DNA of 60,624 nt, filler included, from Sphacelaria rigidula (Eukaryota), in NCBI GenBank assembly GCA_964200075.2. It is 9 parts of 9 records of this genome, joined end to end, with 100 filler letters (N's around TTAATTAATTAA, not from the genome) between each part and the next. Parts side by side here need not be neighbours in the genome. Positions count along the whole stretch, not along the records: positions 47,231 to 53,877 come from CAXNAA020018847.1; positions 53,978 to 60,624 come from CAXNAA020018848.1; 7 more parts are not named here. One strand, given 5' to 3'. A model generated the notes under the pieces. The model made no database searches. It saw only the letters and a list, made by a program, of their open reading frames with translations, and was not told the DNA's origin. A program made the translations under genes and the position numbers. Shown here piece by piece: positions 50,751 through 60,624 of the stretch (position 1 is the stretch's first letter; each line of letters opens with the position of its first letter).

Positions 50751-51083
50751 CACACGCGGCCATTTGGCTATCTCCGAAATTCCTCGAGGTCGGTCAACTT
50801 TTCGAGCCTTCGGAGGAATTAAACACCTCCGGAGAGGTGCGCGGTCCTCCAGAGGATATTTTTTGGTTTCCTCCAGAGGGATTAAACGCCTCTGGAGGCT
50901 TATTTTTGCCTCTGGAGGGCCGCGCAAACCCCCAAATTCCTCCGGAGTGGTGCGCGGCCCTCCGGATCGGTAGAGTTTGGTTTGCTCCAGAGGGATTGAA
51001 GGCGTCCGGAGGCTTGTTTTCCCCCTGGAGGGCCGCGCATCCCTCCGGAGGCATTTTGGGATGTAACCGAATGGCCGCGTGTG
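50751..51083. mobile_element. CACTA/CMC-like MITE copy 2 (TSD TA)
   Basis: TA|CACACGCGGCCATT...AATGGCCGCGTGTG|TA. Confidence 0.85.
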
Positions 51084-51149
51084 TACGTAGACTACCGTTT
51101 CGATATCATTAGCATCTGTGTAAACAGGTACACATCTTTTATTCCCATT

Positions 51150-51510
51150 TGTACTTTATTGGTCACGCACTTTGAACCCCTCCCCGTCCGGGGGACGAGT
51201 CCGTGGTCTGTCTCAAGGGGGTCGATTCGTCTCTCCCCCGGTACACGCCTTGCACTTTTAGTCTCGCGGACTGGATCATGATCGTCAGTACGCCCGTACC
51301 GCGTGGATTCACGCTTTCATCGACATAAATGAGATACTAAAACGCGGGAGGATAAGTTAGTGTGCAGCAATCAATAAACCAATAACAAATCAGACCAACC
51401 ACACGCTTCGGGCGCGAATCGAACCCACACTGTTTTAACCTGATCATGGCGTCAGCTGTACGTAACATTAGACCACTAAATTTACCATCAGACTCTACCG
51501 GGGCGCGGCT
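51150..51510 (-). mobile_element. tRNA-derived SINE, family A variant
   Basis: Head GCCGCGCCCCGGTAGAG...GGGTTCGATTCG; the 3' part (CGCACTTTGAACCCCTCCCC..., CCCCCGGTACACGCCTT on the + strand) is shared with family A. Confidence 0.65.
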
Positions 51511-51845
51511 GCAATCATTTAATAACATTGGTATACAGTAGTTACATACATGCGTATACCGCCTTCTGTAGTCACGCGGAGACAACGAACACCCGTGCAT
51601 AAATATCGGATGGAATAAAAGTTGTCCCTCTACGTACACCTGCCCCCGAACAACAGTTGAAAAACGCAAAAGATACGAGCGGGTGACTCCCAAGAATTGT
51701 GCTGTTTACCGTAGGCAAACCTCCTGAGTGAAGTGCTTCCAAGAATACCTACAGGCCCACACATAGTTTTGCACAGATCTCCCGCAGTACATTTCGTTTC
51801 AAGTATTCGCTCTTCTGCTTCACGCTATCCCCCCCCCCCCCGCAA

Positions 51846-52095
51846 TGAATGGTCAAACGACTAAGGCAAGCAACAAATGAGTACGCCCCCCCACACACAC
51901 GCAAAAAGGGTAGGTACTATGAGGTACACGTTGGTCACAGACGGTGAAACAGGAATGGGAAAAGATAGGTGAACCGTTTCTTGTGTCGAAAAGTATGCAA
52001 GAAACGTAATGAGCGCCCAAATGTAGGAGGCGGCTCTATTAGGAGTAGGCACAGTGCTCCGTCTCAAACGACTAAGGCCACCAACCGATGAATAC
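51846..52095 (+). mobile_element. Two truncated C-run-associated LINE 3' ends (subfamily A)
   Basis: TGGTCAAACGACTAAGGCAAGCAACAAATGAGTACG-CCCCCC, preceded by a long C-run; a second diverged copy at ~51985-52095. Confidence 0.7.
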
Positions 52096-52230
52096 GCCGC
52101 GCAAATAACCGTCGCCTCCACGCCCCCCACGCCGTAACGGCGTCTTTCCTAAAGTAGCGTTAGCCTGCCGAGATAATTCTCAAGAGCCATCCCACCATAG
52201 GGGTAGGGTGTAGCTCGTTGCCCGAAGCGC

Positions 52231-52605
52231 GGGGGGGGGGGGGGGGGGGGGAGCGTACTCATTCGCTGCTTACTTTAGTCGTTTGACCATTGACCACGCA
52301 TCCCTTTCGAGACGGAGCACCGTTCCTACTCCTAATACAGACACCTCCAACACTCCGGCGCCCATGACGTTTCTTCCATACATTGCACAAATACCTTTTA
52401 TATATCTTATATCCTCGTCCTGTTTCGCCGTCTCTGGCCACCATCCATCTCCTAGTATAGCCATCGTTTTCTCCCTACTGTCTAATGCATCAAACGATTC
52501 CATGCCACCTTCGTTCACGTCCCGCATTTCCCCCTCTAGCACGTCCCGTGACTCGAATAAAAAAGAAAGTAAATCTGTTGCAACTCCAATTATGTGTGTA
52601 TGTGG
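52231..52605 (-). mobile_element. Longest copy of the C-run-associated LINE: ORF2 C-terminus remnant
   Basis: THIIG...RDVLEGEM...AILGDGWWP / YLCNVWKKR...GAPSRKGCVVNGQTTKVSSE*. The stop codon lies ~5 nt before a ~20-nt C-run; no poly(A). Confidence 0.7.
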
Positions 52606-53803
52606 ACTGACGATGACGGACCGACGACGACTTTTCCATCCAAAGAGATACGGTTGGTGCGACACCAGTTTTTTCCTCATATTATCATACACTTGTTTAC
52701 TTTTTCATGTTGTCTTTTTGTTTCTTCGTTGTGTACCCTGTTCTTTTCTACATTCCCTGGTTTATTTTTCCTCTTCAGCGAGTGTTTCAGCTTTGTTTCT
52801 TGTCTCGGGTTCGTCTATCATGCTACAACGGCTGGATCCCTGGGGGGTCATTCAAAGTGCGACACACGATCAATCAAACACATTCATCGCCAAAATGAGG
52901 GTGTGGTGTCAGACCCGGGCAGCTGTGGAAGCTTTGGGGAATCGTACACGTGGCTGATCACGTGACTTCGTCTCTCTGGTACATGCACACAAGTACGAGG
53001 CATCTCTAGGACCGAAGCCCTCAAGAGCATGGCGGTGGGTGCTCTGCGCCAAGTTGAGAGAGGTTTTAGTCGGTTCAACCCCTACACTGCCTTGAGCAAA
53101 GCATGCGAACGATCGTGACGCCTACTGTAACTCACATGACTGCCGTGAGGCAGTCAGGCAGAGTCTCCGGGTAATTGGCACACAAACCCGCTTGCGGGGT
53201 GATCATTGGGTAAGGTTTCCTCCTCCCTTCAAGGAATTAATATTATTATCATTATTTCCGCACATTACTTCGATCTCGCGAACCCGTGGTCATAGACGTA
53301 GGCTCGTCTTTCCGATACCATTTTCCGCTATTCCTTACAAAGATACACTACCAAAAATAAAAACAAGAAGAGAGACGCCACGAAAAGAAAAAGAAAAAGA
53401 AAAAGTGCGAGGCGTCGGTACATACAGCTGGCTGCGGCTGCTGCATAATTCAAAATGGTCAGTAGTACACCGTAACTCCGGCGTGTCCGTCAAGCTTACA
53501 GCACCCCGTGCCGCGTGGGACACATCGTGCAGTAGCAGTAATCACCGCAACATGCAGCATATGAGGGGTTCTAATAACAGGTTTTTTTTGTTTTCTCGAA
53601 CTCTTCGATTTGGGGGGGGGGTAGGGGTCGCCGGAAAATATTCGAAAATCTAGCAATATTCGAATGTGCGAGCAGATTTCTTAACCAGCCCAGGCGATAT
53701 GTCATATCAAGAGCAGCTAAGGAAATATTCGAAAACCTAGCAACGTATATTTTTTTGGCACTCTTTTTCGGCATTTTTTGGGCGATTTCTTTTCGGAGAA
53801 GTC

Positions 53804-53877
53804 GGGGTGTACTCATGATCATGCCTGCCATAGTCATCAGACCATTGACCTCGCATCCCTACAAAGCCGGGACGGAG
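53804..53877 (-). mobile_element. 3' end of C-run-associated LINE (subfamily B), cut by contig end
   Basis: Near-identical to 13327-13395. Confidence 0.75.
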
Positions 53878-55639
53878 NNNNNNNNNNNNNNNNNNNNNNN
53901 NNNNNNNNNNNNNNNNNNNNNTTAATTAATTAANNNNNNNNNNNNNNNNNNNNNNNNNNNNNNNNNNNNNNNNNNNNCTATTTTTTTGTCTGTTCTCTCA
54001 ATGAAAAAACTCGTCAACCCCCGCCAAAAGCACCGCCACAACCCCCCCCCCGCCCCCCCCCCCTCCCCCCCCTCATATATACCGCCACTTTTTTGTCCTC
54101 GTCATAGTCATATACTGAGAAAAACTTGAAATAACAGAAACCGACGACAAAGATCGGCCTGGATATCAGCCTCTCTTTTTTTTGACAGGCAAACAGGGAT
54201 TTTAAAATTGAGCAGCATGCTTTGATCGGAAGAGGCGAAGTCGACCCACATGGATCTAACCGTACGACTGGATGAGTCGCTTGGCGACGACTTCGCGGTT
54301 CACTCTTGTCAAGGTGGATTCATTCGCGTATGTCGAAAATAATCCACCAAAGACGGTAAGCTACGTCCAGTAGGACGAAAGAAAAATGATACGTCTGGAC
54401 TACACTATCGTTTCCTCCCTCGTGAAGAATGACATGGAATAATCCATGCAGTCTGCGAGTCCGTGATGAGCTGCTGCGGGGCAGGCATGGTGCTGAGGGG
54501 CGACTCGAAGAATCAGATGCGTGGGGTCCTGCAAAGAGACAAAAAAAGGCAAGAATCGGATGACTTCATTGTAAATGGGTGGTTTTAGAGTGGGGGGCCC
54601 GGTACGTCTCTTGAGTTCGGGAGGCGTGCTGTGTAACGCTTCGACCTCGCGTACAAACGTGAGCAGTACATACAGAGAACGAGTGACGTTATTTTTCGCG
54701 TTCTAATGGTGGACACAAAATTTGCTTTTGTGGTACTTGCAAAAATTTGGAGTTCTGTGCATAAACGCACATCAAATGTAAGGCGAGGACGCACATGATG
54801 TTGTATGTCTGTGCGTATGCCTTGTATCGGCAGACGAAATCACTGGGCTTGAGAGGTACCCTACGACTCAACAGCAGAAGAAACAATGGAATCATTCAAC
54901 ACCGACAACACACGAGGACGGTTCACGTTAACCCAGCAGAAGTCCGCTTCCTGTCACATGAATGCCAAAAAATGTTCAACGGGGTTATCGCGACGAGTGT
55001 TTCCCCTGCCCCGTGACTTGTTTGGAGTGAGAGCATCCATGGCTTTACCGGGAGTTCAACAGGCTATGTTCAGCGGCCGTCCATTTCACTTGGCACTTGC
55101 CTTCTTCAGCAGCAAATCTTCTATCGTTCAAAAATATCGAGAAAGCGAGCGATTATTTCTTCCCTGTCAATTGGCGCGATCGGCCCTCGGGAAAGTTGGT
55201 TTCTACAACTTGCCGAGGACTCCTTCCATCAGCATCGGCCTCACCTTTGAAATTTTGTTTTGTTTACCTCACCGAGCGCTTCTTGCTGTAGTCTGATTGA
55301 GTGGAGGAAGACTCTACGTTCGCAAAATCTGCGACGGTTGTGAGTTGTGTTTGGATCATGGAGCTATTTCACGCCGACTGCTCTTTCGCCAAATGCGTGT
55401 TTGACGCCTGGTCCAGGGGGAGGAAGGGGTTGTCGATTCTCGTTGTAAACCCTGCAATCTGTTCACGATATGATAGTCATTTGCGATGGTGCCTTATTTA
55501 TGCACCCCGTTACTGCAGTTGAATCCACGATTCGGTCCGCGATCTAAATACGCGAACTCGAGTACGATTGCCTGCCGTGTCGTTATCTGCTTGGACGCAG
55601 AGTACGGGCTTGCCACGGTGAACGCTTGGGTATCAATTC

Positions 55640-55960
55640 TTCTTGTTATTATTATTTGTCGCACTTTGAACCCTTCCCCTTCCTCAGGATGAGTCCGTGG
55701 TAACAAGGGATCAACCCATCTCTCCCCCGGTACACGCCTTACATTTTTGTCTCGCGGATTGGGTCAGCACTCCCGCACCGTGTCAACTCACGTCAAACAA
55801 ACTCAGTCGACCACTTTGTTTACTCACGTTCTCACGCTTCCCACGGTGAAAATCAGACATTATGAAGAAAAAACCCAGCGCATCGGGAATCGAACCCTCG
55901 TTCTCTCCACCCGAATGGCGACAGTCGGGTCATTACATTACATCACCGAGGCGCGGCGGC
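55640..55960 (-). mobile_element. tRNA-derived SINE family A
   Basis: Head GCCTCGGTGATGTAATG..., B box GGTTCGATTCCC, tail AAGTGCGACAAATAATAATAAC. Confidence 0.8.
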
Positions 55961-56689
55961 TGTCATGGAAGGATATCAATCCCTCGAGAAATCGGCGCGC
56001 CTCGCCGTGCTCCGCCGTCAAGGTAGTTTTTGTACTGCGTGTCTAGAATGTGAGCTACACAAGAAGTGCTGGGCTGCCGGCTGCCGTGACGAAAGGAAAA
56101 CGGCCGAACGTGCTGATATTCTCCTGCACGATTGTTCACTCGTGATACTAAAGTACTTTCGATGCTATGCTAATTCATCGCAGGCGTCCCATTGCCGCTT
56201 TTCCATCGTTCATCTACCTTCGCAACCCTACAGCATCATTCAGGTACAGCCCGTCTGATGCCGCTGTAACGGAATCTTCCGCATAGTTTCCTACGCTTAT
56301 TCTTATTCTTAGTTATCCCGTTATACAACGAATATATCACATTTTATGGATGCCGATTTGATTGATCGCTCTGATTGCTCGTCGCACATTTCCCCGAGGG
56401 ATCTAGCCATAGTCATAATCCAGTCGATCCAGCCACGGCCATACTCCACCGGATAGGCGTAGGTAAGGTAAACAAGCGGAAAGACTCGCTAGAAGTGACC
56501 TCGACAAAAAGGGGAGAGTGAAGAGCGAGAGAGATAAGAAAACATACTGAGTAAACGGCACAGAAACGAGGAAAAAACAAAACAAAACAAAACAAAAACA
56601 AAAAAGATGGAAAGGAAAAGAAAAGAAAGGAAAAGGGTATATATATGTACGGCTGGCGTATCCAAGCACATGGTGATATGTTCGTGTTG

Positions 56690-57150
56690 TAAGTTATCAA
56701 CACGCAATGAAGATATCATCTTCCAAAATGAGGCTGAACATGAAGATGAGTTTAACTCCAAAAAAACAGTGATTTCCCTGACCTGAACTCGTGGGAAATG
56801 ACTCATCATATTGACGTCCTCATGCCCCTCGACCCCCCTGAAACTAGGTTTTAGGGTCCCCCCCCCCCTTCCGTTCCCCCAAGGGTATGTGCGCAAGCAC
56901 CTTTTCGCCTCGACTTTGCGGTGAAAAAAAAGCACGCGTTTAGCCCGAACATGACGCTTCCGCACATACCCGTTTGAGTAACGGAAGACGGGAGAGCCGC
57001 CAAAATAGTTTCAGGAAGGTTGAGGGGGCATGAGGTCTTCCATATGAGAGTTATTTGTCATGATATTAGGTCAGGGAAAGCACTGTGTTGGAGTTGAAAC
57101 TTCGTACGATGTTCAACCTTGTTTTCGAGGATAATCTGTACATTTTGGTT
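56690..57150. mobile_element. Degenerate foldback element
   Basis: AACTCCAA..ACAGTGATTTCCCTGACCT...CCTCATGCCCCTC.ACC..CCTGAAACTA is mirrored at ~57003-57100. Confidence 0.65.
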
Positions 57151-58235
57151 TCAAAGCATATCAGACGTCAATTAATTGCATGTTTGGTGTCAAGTATACA
57201 GCTAAACGTGATTCGTATCGGCGGATACCACCGAAAATAGCCGCTTGGGTACAGGGAATCAACCATTGGATGTTGACTGAGTCATATTCTCTGTCATGTT
57301 GGATGTATCACCAACGCTGACAGTGTACAGTACCTGATATTTACCACTACTTCACGGTCTTACTTCCCAAAATAGTACACGTCTTTTTTCGTCAACCTCT
57401 GACAACTACTGTATGTAGAGCACACCTGCGGGGAGGAGGGGGATGGAGAATGATCAAGTGTAAGTGAGCACACACGAACAAGACACTGATCTACAGCAGA
57501 CACGTTTGACCCAAACTCACGCGATACACAATCATTCTGGTGCTTCAATGAGATTGTCGCCTTTCCTGAATTCGAGCACCTCGATGGGGTTGTTGCCTTT
57601 CCTGCATTCGAGCTTCTGTTGAATGATTGTCGCACACTATCGGATCCCCTAGGTCATTATCCAGCCGCGGTTATCATCCAAAAAATAGACGGCCCAGGGT
57701 ATGAACAAAGTGGAAAGACTCGCTGGAGAAAAGAGCAAAATGGGAAACACTAGAAGAACAGAAAGCGAGAGAAACAGAGTCAACCGAACAAAACTGTAAA
57801 ACAACTGATACCGACCAATGCCACTCACTTCGGCTCATCCTCTTGGGGTCCCCCGGCAACGGTGGAAGCAGTATCCAGCCCCACCTCGTCAGGATCTGTG
57901 ATTTGCGCACGTGTTCACCAGAAGGAATTCCGGAGATTTCATCAACTGAACTATACCGTAGTGGTCACGTCATGAAAGTGCTCGACTCTATTGGATCGTA
58001 CCGGGCGGTTAGAATGGTGTATGGCGTCAGAGTGGTTAGATTATGTTATGCGGTACGGGACACACAGCCGTGAAGAAACGGCATTAAAGACGATATACTT
58101 TCGTGTTCCACCGCACTGCAGCCGGAACTTCGGGTAGTTGACCCGAGGAGAAGACATCAAGCTTTTTGTGATATATATGCGGTTTTATGTGTGTATTCTC
58201 GGAACAAAGCATCGGGGTCAGTACTAGCATCCAAG

Positions 58236-58620
58236 CACACGCGGCCATTCGGCAAACCCCCACCAAAACCCTCTATCGCGATTTTCATCCTCTCGAGGGT
58301 AACATACCCTCTAGAGGGTATTCCATCCCCGGGTGCGTTCATAAACGAATCCTCTGGAGGGCATCTGATGCTCCAGCGACTTCCGAGGTCTGAATCCCTC
58401 GAAAATAAAAAAAACGACTGTGCTCTGGAGGACCGCGTATCCTCCAGATTTCTCCGGAGGGATGCGCGACCCTCCAGAGGCAAAAAAACAAGCCTCTGGG
58501 GGCGTTTAATCCCACCCCATTGGAGGGCCGCGCATCCTCTGGCGGCGTTCAATTCCTCTGGAGGCTCGAAAAGTTGACCGGCATAGAGTATTTTGGGGGG
58601 CAGCCGAATGGCCGCGTGTG
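58236..58620. mobile_element. CACTA/CMC-like MITE copy 3 (TSD AG)
   Basis: AG|CACACGCGGCCATTCGGC...GCCGAATGGCCGCGTGTG|AG. Confidence 0.85.
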
Positions 58621-58880
58621 AGCTTGTGGGGGCAACTACTCGGCTCTCCCTTTCGCCATCGTTCTCTCCATGTATATATTTTTTCCTGCCGGTGTATGCC
58701 AGAGCAGTTCAGCGCCTCACTTCTGTGGGGTCCATGGATAATAAGTGTCATACCCAAAGTAGGTATGCCGTCGTGAATGGGCGTAATCTTTTTCCACGGA
58801 TTTTTTTTACGTTCGAGTATGCGTGTGGCTCTGCGGAAGAATTTTCCCACCAAAGCCATGTGACAGAGGCCGACCATTTC

Positions 58881-58892
58881 TATATATATATA

Positions 58893-58946
<54 letters not shown>
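58881..58946. repeat. (TA)n(TGTATA)n microsatellite
   Basis: Direct inspection. Confidence 0.9.
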
Positions 58947-58947
<1 letters not shown>

Positions 58948-59559
58948 GTTGTCTTCTTTTTTGGCTTTTTTTTTTATCTACTCTGTTGGTCTGTTCCACA
59001 TTATTTTCTGTTTTTTCTTCATTTTTCTTGGGCGAATGTTTCAGTGTTGTTGATGTCTCGGTTGTTACGTCGAGCATGTGGATCATGACCACGACTGGAT
59101 CATGGCTACCTGGGGGATTACTTAAGGTGCGAAAATCAAGATACCAATCAAAGTCACATCAGATCTTTGCGTTTTACGTCAGTATGCATTTTATACAGGG
59201 GGTCTAAGTTGCGTGTGTGGCATGTATCGGAACGCACGCTCTGCCCTTGATAAACTTGCCCACGGAAGGGAGAGCCTCGAGATACATTGCGGTCATCACA
59301 ACACAACCTGGACAATGAACTCCATTGTAATAAGAATATACTGCGTACAGTATGGAATCTATTGGCTGTTGCAACAGGCACAATAGTCGATACTGTACGC
59401 AGTACACTTTTTGACTGTGTACACTATCGTCCAGGGAGCGCATCACAAGACACGTTGTACTTTTGGAGCAAGCCCTCTACGCGTGGCTTGCGTAGCCGTT
59501 TTGGTGCTTATGTCTCCCGACGTGTTCAGAATTCATCCCTTGCGACAAAAAATATGTGT

Positions 59560-59870
59560 CTGTTTGTTTTTTTCTTCTCACTTTGAACCCCTCCCCTTCC
59601 TCGCAATGACTCCGTGGTAACAAGGGATCAACCCATCTCTCCCCCGGTACGCGCCTTACATTTTGGTCCCGCGGATTGGGCCAGCACTCCGGCACCGCGT
59701 CAACTCACGTCACACAAACTCAGGCGACTACTTTGTTTACTCACGTTCTCACGCTTTCCACGGTGGAAATCATACATCACGAAAAAAAACCAGCGCATCG
59801 GAAATCGAACCCTCGTTCTCTCCACCCTAATGGCGACCGTCGGACCATTACATCACCGGGGCGCGGCGGC
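59560..59870 (-). mobile_element. tRNA-derived SINE family A
   Basis: Head GCCCCGGTGATGTAATGG (A box), GGTTCGATTTCC (B box); colinear with 55640-55960. Confidence 0.8.
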
Positions 59871-60624
59871 CCTAGAAATAAATGGGCGCTTGAATCAAGG
59901 TACTCGCCTATCAGTACTGTGCCCAGCTTGTCGCCGTCTTCTACCATCGACTCGTCCAGATGAGGAAGATCATTCCGCGACAGCAGTTTCTTCTCATGCG
60001 GCTTCATGCCGGCCTTCGCACTTCCCTTGGGCTTCTTCGATGCCCTCTTCTCTTCTCTCTTCTTGCGAGCCGCCTGCTTGGGTTCACATTTCCGTGGTCG
60101 TATTGTTCCCCGATGAGAGGAGAGAGAGAAGAGAGAGGAGAGGGCGAAGAGGCGCGGCGCAAGGGGCGGGAAACAACTCCGTGACGCTACTGTGTGGCAT
60201 CAGCTGCGCTAGAACGCTGTCAACCACATTGCGGTCTGGACGAGGTTTTCGACTTTCTGGGGTCTGCAGTGTTGATAATATTTCCTAGGTTTTCGGTTTT
60301 CCTACTTGATTGTACTCACTCCTTGAGTTTGCCTCACGTCCCTTCTTGTCTGTACCTTTATAATAAATATTTCAAACGCGCACGCCCCCCCCCCCCCCCC
60401 TACGGAAAAAGGGAAGGGACCAGAGTAGTGGGAATGATCAGGGTCATGGTCAAATTCACCGCCTCGTAGAGGGAGGGGATCGATGAAGCAGTCAGATCCA
60501 TGGCGTGTACGGTAAAAGGATAAAGTCCGTGGTTCGTATGATCCAAACAGGGGTTGAGAATAACAACCGACTTGAAACAATATAATGTAGTCAATATTAT
60601 ACGGTACTCAACCTTGACCTCCCC

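Noticed and set aside
54900..55640. Minus-strand coding region
   Set aside because: Protein-like stretches are broken by many stops and show no recognisable domain.
59790..59870. Functional tRNA gene
   Set aside because: A/B boxes are present but there is no convincing cloverleaf, and the head is attached to a multi-copy SINE body.

Overview
Eukaryotic, repeat-rich DNA, most likely a brown alga (Phaeophyceae; inferred from the TE families, GT-AG exon structure and gene content). The window is not one locus. It is nine unrelated contigs (one of 6648 bp, eight of exactly 6647 bp) joined by artificial 100-bp N44-TTAATTAATTAA-N44 spacers, so nothing can be read across a gap. Genes I can support: (i) the last two exons of a right-handed beta-helix protein (3339-3488, 4619-4967, +); (ii) a single-exon secreted, probably GPI-anchored Ser/Thr/Pro/Ala-rich protein (18385-18846, -); (iii) an intronless protein with an F-box-like N-terminus and 14 GCPW ankyrin-like repeats of 27 aa (35208-36629, +); (iv) two exons resembling IFT81 (49621-49734, 48485-48573, -). 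The rest is mobile DNA: a Ty1/copia 3' half with PPT and LTR, a near full-length dead RTE-type LINE, tRNA-derived SINEs, and piggyBac-, Stowaway/mariner-, Harbinger-, CACTA-, hAT- and foldback-like MITEs. The most striking signal is a high-copy non-LTR retroelement family with no poly(A) tail. It ends in ...TGAGTACR directly against C homopolymers, and two copies are only 11-12 bp long with clear C/G-run target-site duplications. This suggests a poly(C)/poly(G)-targeting retroposon.
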